Of a DNA stretch of 41,239 nt, positions 26,081 through 34,670 are shown one piece after another. Below the pieces are notes generated by a model. That model saw only the letters and a list, made by a program, of their open reading frames with translations. It was not told the DNA's origin and searched no databases. The DNA is from Deltaproteobacteria bacterium (GTDB lineage: Bacteria; Desulfobacterota; Desulfomonilia; Desulfomonilales; Desulfomonilaceae): the NCBI GenBank assembly GCA_037380965.1, contig JARRRG010000003.1, positions 1 through 41,239 of the forward strand. Direction: 5' to 3'. The position numbers and the translations under genes were made by a program. Numbering within the stretch: position 1 is the stretch's first letter; every line of letters begins with the position of its first letter.

Positions 26081-26886
26081 AAACAGCGGGTTGGGTCCTT
26101 GCTGAAAAGGTACAGCGTATAGCAGAATCCAAGACGTTCGAGGTTCGCTCCGACGAGCTGCCCACGTGGTGTCCCGGTTGCGGCTATTTTGGAATCCACC
26201 ACGGATTGAACATGTGCATCCGCAGGCTCGGCGTGCCCCTCCACATGGTGGTCACCGTTTCCGGGATCGGTTGCGCGGGCCGCTACCCTTTTTTCAGTGA
26301 AACGTACGGCCTTCACACGCTCCACGGGAGGGCATTGCCGGTGGCTACGGGGGTGAAGCTGGCACATCCGGATTTGACCGTGTACGCGGTAGGTGGGGAC
26401 GGAGATGGTTTGGCCATTGGGGGAGGCCATTTTGCCCATGTGGCAAGAAGGAATGTGGACATCAACTTCCTCCTCTTTGACAATTCCATTTACGGCCTCA
26501 CCAAGGGTCAGCCCTCTCCCAGTTCACCGGTTGGCACAAAAACCAAGGCGAGCCCGATGGGAACGGTTGACAAGCCATTGAACGCCACCCTGCTGGCTCT
26601 TACGTATGGGGCCTCATTTGTGGCGCGACTCTTTGCCGGCGACCCGAACACCATAACCGAGTCCCTGATGGAAGGCACCCGCCACCGGGGGTTTTCCTTT
26701 TTCCACATCTACACGACCTGCGTGACGTTTGATAAGCAGTTCAAGACGTGGGACAATCTCAAGAAGTGGGTGCATCCACTGCCTGACGACCACGATCCCA
26801 CCGATCGAAGACAGGCTTTCGATCAGGTGCTCGAAGATGATTTCAGCGTAGGGGTGCTGTTCAAAACCGAGAATCCAGAATCGTAG
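26077..26886 (+). CDS. korB: 2-oxoacid:ferredoxin oxidoreductase beta subunit (TPP-binding)
   Basis: 269 aa. ATGA overlap with korA. WCPGCGYFGI, SGIGCAGR, TLHGRALPVATGVKLA, GGDGDGLAIGGGHF, LFDNSIYGLTKGQ. Confidence 0.88.
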   Translation: MKTAGWVLAEKVQRIAESKTFEVRSDELPTWCPGCGYFGIHHGLNMCIRRLGVPLHMVVTVSGIGCAGRYPFFSETYGLHTLHGRALPVATGVKLAHPDLTVYAVGGDGDGLAIGGGHFAHVARRNVDINFLLFDNSIYGLTKGQPSPSSPVGTKTKASPMGTVDKPLNATLLALTYGASFVARLFAGDPNTITESLMEGTRHRGFSFFHIYTTCVTFDKQFKTWDNLKKWVHPLPDDHDPTDRRQAFDQVLEDDFSVGVLFKTENPES

Positions 26887-27169
26887 GGAATTACCCGGCA
26901 ACGGCCGCGACCGGCCGGCGCTCTGCATTGCTCATTTCGCTGCCAAGGCCCCGGGCAAGGCGATAGATACGGACCCCCCGGGTCTGTCCGACATGCGCGG
27001 CGCTGATATCCACGCGTGCGTACGGGTGACGAAGGGAGGCTCACGGATTACTCTCCCAAGGGCGGAACAAGCCAGAGGTGAGAGTGGGTTTTCTCCATTT
27101 CGGACGGCTGCCTCCGAGGAGGCTGCATCGGTCGCACCCGGTGAGCAAAGCCGTCGCAATGAGGTTGCC

Positions 27170-28555
27170 ATGAAGTATCGAAAAGAGGTTGACACGATGG
27201 GGACGGTGATGGTTCCTCATGATGCTTACTACGGTGCTCAGACCCAGCGAGCGGTCGAGAACTTTTCAATCAGCGGCATGCCCATGCCATCTTCACTGGT
27301 GAGGGCCGTGGGACTGATCAAGAAACATGCGGCTGCGGTGAATCTTGAACTGGGATTACTCGATGAGGAGATTGGCCGAGCGATCTTCAGCGCGGCCGCG
27401 GAGGTGTCTGAGGGCAAACTTGACGACCAGTTTGTTGTGGATGTCTTCCAGACGGGCTCCGGAACTTCCACCAACATGAACGCAAATGAGGTTATCGCGG
27501 GCCGTGCCAACGAGATCATCAGCGGCAGAAGAGGGCGGAACTCCCCGGTTCACCCCAACGATCATGTCAATAAAGGCCAATCCAGCAACGACGTGATTCC
27601 CACCGCCATTCACATCGCGGCATGGAGAGGAATCAAAGAACGGCTCATTCCAGCTCTCGAGAGGCTCCGGGACAGCCTTGCTCAAAAGGCTGCACAATTT
27701 GACGGTATTCGAAAGATAGGGAGAACCCACTTGCAGGACGCGGTTCCTATCACACTCGGGAATGAATTCAGTGGGTACGCGAGACAGGCGGAGGCAGGTA
27801 TCAGGAGACTCAATGGACTGGAGGCCGGCCTCGCGGAGCTCGCGCTCGGTGGAACTGCGGTGGGTACGGGCGTGAACGCGCATCCGGAGTTCGCGTCCCG
27901 GGTCATCGCGCGGATAGCCGAGGAAACAGGACATCCCTTTATCGAAGCCGAGAATCACTTTGAGGCCCAGGCCGCGCAGGACGCGGCAGTTGAAGCCAGC
28001 GGCGCTCTGAAAACCGTTGCAGTCAGCCTGACGAAGATAGCGAATGATATCAGATGGCTCGCGTCCGGACCCCGATGCGGTCTCGGTGAAATCAACCTGC
28101 CGGAGCTCCAGCCGGGCTCCTCGATCATGCCGGGAAAGGTGAATCCGGTTATTTCCGAGGCAGTGATTCAGGTGGCCGCGCACGTCATAGGCAACGATGC
28201 AGCCATAGCCATAGGAGGTCAGGGGGGCTTCTTTGAATTGAACGTCATGCTGCCTCTCATTGCCCATAATCTCCTCCAATCCGTAGATCTGCTCCACGCC
28301 GCGGTCGAGCGGCTGAAAGACAAATGCATAGACGGCATCACGGCAAATGAGGGGAAATGTTACTCGTACATCGAAGGCAGCCTCGCCCTGTGCACCGCGC
28401 TTGTCCCGGCAATCGGGTACGAAAAGGCGGCCTCCATTGCCAAACAGGCCTTCGCAAACGGAAAGACGGTCCGAGAAGTAGCCCTGGAGCAACAGGTACT
28501 GCCCGAACAGGAGCTCATCAGAATACTGGACGAGATGATCTCGGGACCTTCCTAG
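27170..28555 (+). CDS. fumC: Class II fumarate hydratase / aspartate ammonia-lyase superfamily enzyme (active-site motifs favour fumarase)
   Basis: Start at ATG 27170 (MKYRKEVDTMGTVMVPHDAYYGAQTQRAVENF) after GAGG. The track start at 26993 adds a non-homologous extension. QTGSGTSTNMNANEV, HPNDHVNKGQSSNDV and GRTHLQDAVPITLG are fumarase-like. The signature GSSIMPGKVNPVISE and the C-terminal KCIDGITAN are aspartase-like, so the call is hedged. Confidence 0.8.
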   Translation: MKYRKEVDTMGTVMVPHDAYYGAQTQRAVENFSISGMPMPSSLVRAVGLIKKHAAAVNLELGLLDEEIGRAIFSAAAEVSEGKLDDQFVVDVFQTGSGTSTNMNANEVIAGRANEIISGRRGRNSPVHPNDHVNKGQSSNDVIPTAIHIAAWRGIKERLIPALERLRDSLAQKAAQFDGIRKIGRTHLQDAVPITLGNEFSGYARQAEAGIRRLNGLEAGLAELALGGTAVGTGVNAHPEFASRVIARIAEETGHPFIEAENHFEAQAAQDAAVEASGALKTVAVSLTKIANDIRWLASGPRCGLGEINLPELQPGSSIMPGKVNPVISEAVIQVAAHVIGNDAAIAIGGQGGFFELNVMLPLIAHNLLQSVDLLHAAVERLKDKCIDGITANEGKCYSYIEGSLALCTALVPAIGYEKAASIAKQAFANGKTVREVALEQQVLPEQELIRILDEMISGPS

Positions 28556-28680
28556 TGCTCTCTTTACCTTTGCGGGCCAAGGCTGCCCCCGCGCCGGTGT
28601 CCATGAGGCATACGGCACGCGGGGCCTGAACCCCGCGGACTGATACACGTGAGGAACGAGCCTCGGCCGAAACCTACGGA

Positions 28681-28905
28681 TCAACCGGAACCGCACACCG
28701 CGGCAAAGGGGTGGAAACGCGTTTCTGAGGGGCCCAGCGGCGAGATCACCGGTTGTCCGAACGCGTTCGTGCGGTATCCGTCCCCCACGTGGACTTCCTT
28801 GGCCCTTTCGCCCCCGGGTCGACCGAGAAAGAGATTGCGGGCGACCTGACCGCGTGCATACGCGATCCAATCCAGGACTTCGCGCTGTTCCCGCGGTCTT
28901 TTCAT
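28681..28905 (-). CDS. Hypothetical small protein (74 aa)
   Basis: ATG 28905 lies 5 nt after GGAGGT. Sequence: MKRPREQREVLDWIAYARGQVARNLFLGRPGGERAKEVHVGDGYRTNAFGQPVISPLGPSETRFHPFAAVCGSG. No family recognised. The track lists the longer 28681..28971 form. Confidence 0.4.
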   Translation of the reverse strand: MKRPREQREVLDWIAYARGQVARNLFLGRPGGERAKEVHVGDGYRTNAFGQPVISPLGPSETRFHPFAAVCGSG

Positions 28906-29228
28906 ATTACCTCCGGCGAAAAGAGTCCTCGCACTGTCTAGAAATTGCTCTTGCAGTCGCAACCGCGGCATCGTGCGGATTAAATATTAAATGTCTGTGG
29001 AAAGTCGCATTAATTGCTTGACTCACCGCGAATGGAGTGATAGGAGCCCATCGGCAAGGGACATACTCCCCCACCGACCCCTGAAAGGGCTGCTACAACT
29101 TGCGAAATTCTCGTTGTTCTGTCGCGTGACTTTTTGGCGGCCGGTGGCTCTTCTGTCAGCGGACCATGATTCTGCTCAATCGCGACATTTGAATCGAGGG
29201 AGAGACAATCTCTCAAAAGGAGTGGGTA

Positions 29229-29506
29229 ATGACTCAGAGCGCGTATCATGCCTCTGCGGGGAACTTCCTGGACGCATACGACTTTAACCCGAACTACCGC
29301 CATCTAAAGAAGCTCATCCATGAACTGAGGGCGGAAAACGACGTGTCGGTAAAGAGGGGGAAAGCTCGGAGTGGCTTCCATGGGAGATGGAAGCGCTCGA
29401 GAAAGTCGAAGCATGGCGGGAAGATCTCAGGGAACGAAAGGCAAACGCACGTGAGATGTTTAACAGGGCGCTGGAAAAGATCCGCCAGGACCAGACGCTC
29501 TCCTGA
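29229..29506 (+). CDS. Hypothetical small protein (~92 aa), frameshifted in a G5 run as sequenced
   Basis: ATG 29229 lies 8 nt after AAGGAG. The N-terminal half is MTQSAYHASAGNFLDAYDFNPNYRHLKKLIHELRAENDVSVKRG. After GGGGG (29356..29360) the track frame turns into an Arg/Lys/Ser-rich tail. The adjacent frame instead reads ESSEWLPWEMEALEKVEAWREDLRERKANAREMFNRALEKIRQDQTLS, stopping at 29504..29506. Confidence 0.45.
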
Positions 29507-29883
29507 ACACTCGGCCTTCGCATCAGCAAAACGTTCTTCTTACTGTCACCGGGAACCTGGCAGGTAGCGTAAGGAAGGGATCTCGCAAGTCAGTCGATCG
29601 ATTGTCCAGGTTGGTGACCGGCATTTCTGAACGGGGCGCGTGGGAAAGAGAAGCTTCCTGTGAAACGGGGAGTGCCCATGCGCCGATTATTTTTGTCCTC
29701 ACGACAATGAAATGGCGAAACGATCTTACGTGGAGGCGTTTGAGGCCCTGTGCCGCGGGCTCACGCAGGCACACCATCTCGACATATGGTGGCAATGGTC
29801 GTCCCGGAAAACAGGTGTGGAGGGTTTGCTTTCCATATCGCGTTGATCTAAAATTAGCGTCACTTTAGGGGTCCGGAGGGAGT

Positions 29884-30942
29884 ATGGATCAATTTAGACC
29901 GAGGGACGAACAGTATGGGGTCCGCGAGATACAAAGAGGAATTGACGACCTCAAGGACTTCATGGACCGGTATCTGAGAGGCCGAGGTTACTGGTTTGTC
30001 ATTCTCATCGTGATAATCCTGTACCTCATTTCGGGATTTTACATCGTAGGTCCGGGTCAGAAGGGTGTGGTGCTGCTCTTCGGGAAAGTGTGGGCCCTGA
30101 CCGAGCCGGGACTGCGTTACCGACTGCCGTGGCCGTTCATGTCCAGGACCGTGGTAGACGTTGCCAAGCTTCGCCGCGAGGAAATCGGGTACCGTTCCGA
30201 CCGGGGACGTACGCGCTCCGTCCCCGCGGAATCGTTGATGCTCACGGCAGACGAGAATATCGTGGACGTCCATTTTTTTGTTCAATATAGGGTGAATGAT
30301 CCGGTGAAATTCCTCTTCGGCTGTCTGCATCCCGTACGGGCGTTGCGCGCGTCTGCTGAGGTGGCCCTGCGGAGTGTGGTGGGGCAAAACGACATTGACC
30401 ACACCATGATCACCGGGCGGGCCGAAGTCCAACGAGATGTTGCAAAATATCTGCAGAACTTACTGAACAATTATGACACCGGCCTCAAAGTCGTGCAGGC
30501 GCGACTGCTGTCGGTCGACCCACCTGCTCAGGTGCAGGAGGCCTTCCATGACGTGGTCAGAGCACTGGAAGATAAGCAGCGCCTGAAGAGAGAGGCGGAA
30601 GGGTATATGGCAGACGTGCTGCCCAAGGCGAGAGGTCAGAAGCAGCAGGAGATATTGCGCGCGGAGGGTTACAAGGCCCAGCGAGTGATAAGGGCTACCG
30701 GTGATGTGGCGAGATTCAAGAAGATACTGACCGAATATGACAAAGCTCCCAGGGTCACGCGGGAGCGTATTTACCTGGAAGCAGTGGAGCAGTTCCTTCC
30801 AAAGACCCGCAAGTTCGTCATGGAAGGGAACAGCTCGAGAGTCCTGCCTCTCCTTCCGCTCATGGGTTACGAGAAGCCCGGATCCATACCGGTGCCGGCA
30901 AAGAGCCAACCGAAGGCTCCCGCGCGGAAGAAAGGGAATTGA
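29884..30942 (+). CDS. hflK: FtsH protease modulator HflK (SPFH/band 7 family)
   Basis: 352 aa. SD GGAGGG. TM segment WFVILIVIILYLISGFYIV, then VGPGQKGVVLLFGK, EPGLRYRLPWPF, LTADENIVDV, and a C-terminal coiled region AEGYKAQRV. Confidence 0.9.
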   Translation: MDQFRPRDEQYGVREIQRGIDDLKDFMDRYLRGRGYWFVILIVIILYLISGFYIVGPGQKGVVLLFGKVWALTEPGLRYRLPWPFMSRTVVDVAKLRREEIGYRSDRGRTRSVPAESLMLTADENIVDVHFFVQYRVNDPVKFLFGCLHPVRALRASAEVALRSVVGQNDIDHTMITGRAEVQRDVAKYLQNLLNNYDTGLKVVQARLLSVDPPAQVQEAFHDVVRALEDKQRLKREAEGYMADVLPKARGQKQQEILRAEGYKAQRVIRATGDVARFKKILTEYDKAPRVTRERIYLEAVEQFLPKTRKFVMEGNSSRVLPLLPLMGYEKPGSIPVPAKSQPKAPARKKGN

Positions 30943-30948
30943 TTTACC

Positions 30949-31723
30949 ATGATAAAGATCGCCATCGCCGTGATAGTCGCGCTCATCGTATTGTCTCAAA
31001 CCGCGTTTGTCGTGTCCGAGCCGGAACGTCCTCGTTGCCGATGCGAGGCCGCAGGAATACCTCACCCTCGATAAGAAGCGTCTGAATGTGGACACGGTGT
31101 CCCGATGGAGGGTTGCCGATCCGCTGGTCTTCTATATGACCGTCCGGGACTACCGGGGCGCGGTGGACAGGCTCAGTGAAAGCATCGGAGGGCTGCTCAG
31201 GCAGGAGATCGCGAGCCACAACTTCAGAGATTTCGTACGAGCCGAACGAGAGAACATAATGAAACTGGTCACCAAGGGCACCAGGGAAGCCACGAAATGG
31301 TTTGGGATCGCAGTGGTGGACGTTCGAATAAAAAGAATTGATCTGCCCGAGGCAGTCCAGAATAGTGTCTTTGCCCGCATGAAAGCTGAACGAGAGCGAA
31401 TTGCCAAGCGGTACCGGGCAGAAGGAGAGGAAGCGGCTCGCAAAATTAGAGCCGACGCGGACAGGCAACGGCAAGTCCTCCTCGCAGAAGCGTACGAGCG
31501 GTCCCAAACACTGAGGGGCGAAGGAGACGCCCAAGCCGCAGCTCTTTATGCTGCCGCCTACCGAGAAAACGAAGAATTCTACTCCTTTTTCAAGCACCTG
31601 GAGGTGTACGAGAAGATCTTTGGCCCGGACACGACCCTCCTGCTTCGTTCCGATTCTCCGCTCATGAGATTCGTCGATTCGCCCTTCGGCGAGAAGAAGA
31701 GTCATGCGTCACCGAGCAGGTGA
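30949..31723 (+). pseudogene. hflC: HflC with an out-of-frame internal deletion near the 5' end
   Basis: ATG 30949, 6 nt after the hflK stop, gives the expected TM N-terminus MIKIAIAVIVALIVLSQTAFVVSEPE and then stops at about 31071. The rest of HflC is in another frame (track ORF 31007..31723): NVLVADARPQEYLTLDKKRLNVDTVSRWRVADP...VVDVRIKRIDLPEAV...AERERIAKRYRAEGEE. The roughly 30-35 residues that normally lie between (the AVVLRFGK...EPGLHFKIPF block) are absent. Confidence 0.75.
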
Positions 31724-31947
31724 GCCGGCACGTGAAGAGGCGCGATCCTCATCGCGTGTAGGCCGAGAAGGAGACGGGGGGAATCCAAAAAGGTGCATGG
31801 GCGATCCCACGTGAGCCGGAGGACCGGCCCCCTCTTCCCTCCGCGCTTCTCCAGGCGACCTGGGGGGTATGAGGCCGCAAATCTGGAGCCCTGACCATCT
31901 GCCCGGTCATCGGAAATGGGAATGATTGTTTCTCTCTCCCAACTCGC

Positions 31948-31976
31948 TTGACGTGAGAGCAGAGGTCAATTAAGGT
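31948..31976 (+). promoter_or_regulatory. Putative sigma-70-type promoter upstream of the radical SAM gene
   Basis: TTGACG (31948..31953), a 17-nt spacer, then TAAGGT (31971..31976), about 50 nt upstream of ATG 32026. Sequence-pattern match only. Confidence 0.3.
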
Positions 31977-32025
31977 TACGAAGTAAGTCGTTTCCGACGG
32001 TAATCCCACTCAAGGAATCCAACTC

Positions 32026-33498
32026 ATGAAGGCTCTCCTCGTTTACCCAAGCATTCCTGATACATTTTGGAGTTTTAAACACATCCTCAAGTTCGTTCGC
32101 AAGAAGGCCGCCCACGTACCGCTGGGACTGCTGACGGTCGCGGCGATGATGCCAAAAGAGTGGGAGTTGCGGCTTGTGGATATGAACGTCGAGGGCCTTT
32201 CCGATGAGATGATCCAGTGGGCGGACATGGTCTTCATCGGTGCGATGATCGTGCAGAAGTCATCTGTCCGCGACGTAGTCAACCGGTGCCACAGACTCGG
32301 CAAGAAAGTAGTGGCCGGAGGCCCGCTTTTCAGCAGCTCGTCGGAAGAATTCGATGATATCGAGCACATCATCCAGCAAGAGGCGGAAGTGACGTTTCCC
32401 CCATTTCTCAACGACTTGGCCGAAGGGAACCCGAGGCACATCTACACATCGGCCGAGAAACCGGACATAACGTGGACCCCTCTACCGAGGTGGGACATCA
32501 TCAATACGGATTACTATGCTTCTCTCTCCATTCAGTATTCCCGGGGATGTCCGTTCAACTGCGAGTTTTGTGACATCGTGAACCTCAACGGACGGCGGCC
32601 GCGAGTCAAATCGAATGAGCAGATGCTTCGGGAGCTCAATATCATCTACGAAATGGGCTGGCGCGGACGCCTCTTTATTGTTGACGACAACTTCATCGGC
32701 AACAAAGTCAAGGCCAAATCGATGCTCAGGGCTATCATCCCCTGGCAGCAAGCCCGCAGGCATCCCTTTAGTCTCTACACGGAAGCCTCGGTCAATCTCG
32801 CGGATGATGACGAATTGATGGAACTGATGTCCGCGGCCGGTTTTGACAGCGTGTTCCTTGGACTGGAGACGCCGGAGGAAGACTCCCTCATAGAATGCGG
32901 GAAGCATCAGAACAGCGGCAAGGATCTCGTCGAAGCCGTAAAGAAGATCCAGAGGAACGGCATGGAGGTGATGGGAGGATTCATCATCGGCTTTGACAGC
33001 GATCCGCCCAACATCTTTGAACGCCAGATAAAGTTTATTCAAAACACCGGCGTGGTCAAGGCGATGATCGGACTGCTCAACGCGGTCCCGGGCACCCGGC
33101 TCTACGAGCGTCTCAAGAAAGAGGGACGCCTGCTCGATGATCCCACAGGTGATAATTGTGACGGCTCGCTCAATTTCGTGCCCGTGATGGATACCCAGAC
33201 GCTCAAAGACGGGTATCAGGCCGTCCTCAATTACGTCTATTCGCCCAAGGAATACTATAACCGGGTTCTCGAGTTCCTTAAAGATTACAAGCCTGCTCGG
33301 TCCCGACGCTTGGACCTGAACGAAGTGATGGCTTTCTTCAGATCAATTCTCTACCTGGGGATTCTCGACAAGGGAATGGGCAAGATCTACTACTGGAAGC
33401 TCCTGATAAAAGCTTTCCTCTTTCACCGCCGCTCTTTCGGGGACGCCGTGTCGAGCGCAATTTTCGGCTATCATTTTCGAAAGCTCCTCGGAAAATAG
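32026..33498 (+). CDS. B12-binding domain radical SAM protein (class B, with DUF4070-type C-terminal region)
   Basis: 490 aa. N-terminal cobalamin-binding-like domain (KALLVYPSIPDTFW, VPLGLLTVAAM, DMVFIGAM). Radical SAM cluster YSRGCPFNCEFCDI (CxxxCxxC). Long C-terminal helical region. Confidence 0.85.
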   Translation: MKALLVYPSIPDTFWSFKHILKFVRKKAAHVPLGLLTVAAMMPKEWELRLVDMNVEGLSDEMIQWADMVFIGAMIVQKSSVRDVVNRCHRLGKKVVAGGPLFSSSSEEFDDIEHIIQQEAEVTFPPFLNDLAEGNPRHIYTSAEKPDITWTPLPRWDIINTDYYASLSIQYSRGCPFNCEFCDIVNLNGRRPRVKSNEQMLRELNIIYEMGWRGRLFIVDDNFIGNKVKAKSMLRAIIPWQQARRHPFSLYTEASVNLADDDELMELMSAAGFDSVFLGLETPEEDSLIECGKHQNSGKDLVEAVKKIQRNGMEVMGGFIIGFDSDPPNIFERQIKFIQNTGVVKAMIGLLNAVPGTRLYERLKKEGRLLDDPTGDNCDGSLNFVPVMDTQTLKDGYQAVLNYVYSPKEYYNRVLEFLKDYKPARSRRLDLNEVMAFFRSILYLGILDKGMGKIYYWKLLIKAFLFHRRSFGDAVSSAIFGYHFRKLLGK

Positions 33499-33540
33499 CC
33501 ACGCCCTCGCGGGCGGCGCCGCATCTTTGAGACGAGCTTG

Positions 33541-34272
33541 TCACGAGCCTCGGCCGGTCTTTCGCGCGTGCACCAGGTGGCCGCCGAGCTTGCGTGTGAA
33601 GATCTCACCATCCAGCTCCATCTTCCACTTTCCATCCTTGAGATAGGGCTTCCTGTCAATGTTCCACGTTTTGCCGATACCCATTATGCCGATTGAAAGC
33701 GATTCTCCGTCAACGAGAACTCTCCCGCCTGTGACCGTGGTGTTCCCACTTCGGAAGTCGCCACTACCATCGAGCTTGATTCGGAGAATGCTGCCTTGGT
33801 TACCGAACCACACACCTGCGAAAACAATCTGATCGGGCGGAAGAGGGCTGGGCTTCAAGAAATCGCGAGGGATCCCGATTCGAGCGGGCAGAAAATGAAC
33901 CAGGAGAGCCACCGACACGATGAAAAGCGCAGTGCCGATGATTCCCAATGTTCTCCCAACCTTAACCCTCCCGATCTTGTCTCTCAACATCCTCCCTTCC
34001 GCCATCTTCCTCAGGTCGGAGTTGGCCATGAGCCACGCGACAATCCCCAAGGGACCGCACAAAAAGAGTGACAACACCCCAAGCATCAGGATGAGATCGG
34101 CTCGACTATTTTCCAATCCGCTCGGTCGGTGATCGAGCGGCTCGCGGCTGTGCCCGGATCCAGGCTCAATCGGTGCCGGTCCACTCAGCGGGCCGTCTCG
34201 GTGCGGTTGGTGGTGAGGATCGGCATTCCATCCTCCCATGTTCAGCTCCCGTGGGATCCTCGTCCAGCTCAC
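33541..34272 (-). CDS. Hypothetical membrane protein (DUF4190-like two-TM core plus C-terminal soluble domain)
   Basis: 243 aa. Pro/His-rich N-terminus, LILMLGVLSLFLCGPLGIVAWLMANSDLRKM, and a second TM segment TLGIIGTALFIVSVALLVHF. The start could be ATG 34239 instead. Confidence 0.55.
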   Translation of the reverse strand: MSWTRIPRELNMGGWNADPHHQPHRDGPLSGPAPIEPGSGHSREPLDHRPSGLENSRADLILMLGVLSLFLCGPLGIVAWLMANSDLRKMAEGRMLRDKIGRVKVGRTLGIIGTALFIVSVALLVHFLPARIGIPRDFLKPSPLPPDQIVFAGVWFGNQGSILRIKLDGSGDFRSGNTTVTGGRVLVDGESLSIGIMGIGKTWNIDRKPYLKDGKWKMELDGEIFTRKLGGHLVHARKTGRGS

Positions 34273-34670
34273 CTGTTCCGGTCAGATCGTACCGACCCTC
34301 CAGGGGGAAGGACCACAAACCAATTGAAACCGGCAGACCTCTGTTCGCAGGCATCACCATGATCAACGCTGCCGCGCGGGACAGCACGGCTCAGACACTC
34401 CCAGTCCTACAATGAAAGGAACGTTTCGCCCCTCACACGCAGTCCATAACGGAGCCCGACGCGGACGCCCGACAAAAAGAGGCCCGACGGAAATGACAAC
34501 AGGGCATGGCTCCAAAAAAGGAGGATACGGTCGTCCGTCGGGCGATTGCAAGGCTAGCGCCCGTATGTTAGACAGAATTGGACGGTATGTCAAGAATCAT
34601 TTCAATAAGATGCCGTCGCGGCGTCCATTTTTTCCTAACGGGCGGTCCCGGCGCTGCTTTCGGGCTCGCC

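Noticed and set aside
27356-28870. 504-codon ORF on the minus strand, one of the longest in the track
   Set aside because: It is exactly antisense to the well-supported fumarase-family gene. Its product is Arg/Gly/Pro/Ser-rich with no recognisable motifs. This is the typical shadow ORF of GC-rich DNA.
28681-29506. Two adjacent small ORFs considered as a toxin-antitoxin pair
   Set aside because: They are divergently transcribed and separated by 323 nt rather than co-transcribed. Neither shows RelE/ParE/HigB/HicA/MazF or antitoxin HTH/RHH motifs that I can recognise.
31724-32025. Looked for a cobalamin riboswitch in the 300-nt leader of the B12-binding radical SAM gene
   Set aside because: I could not find a B12 box (GCCACUG-like) or the conserved GGUG/AAUCC core in the right order. 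Only a generic promoter-like TTGACG-17-TAAGGT is present.
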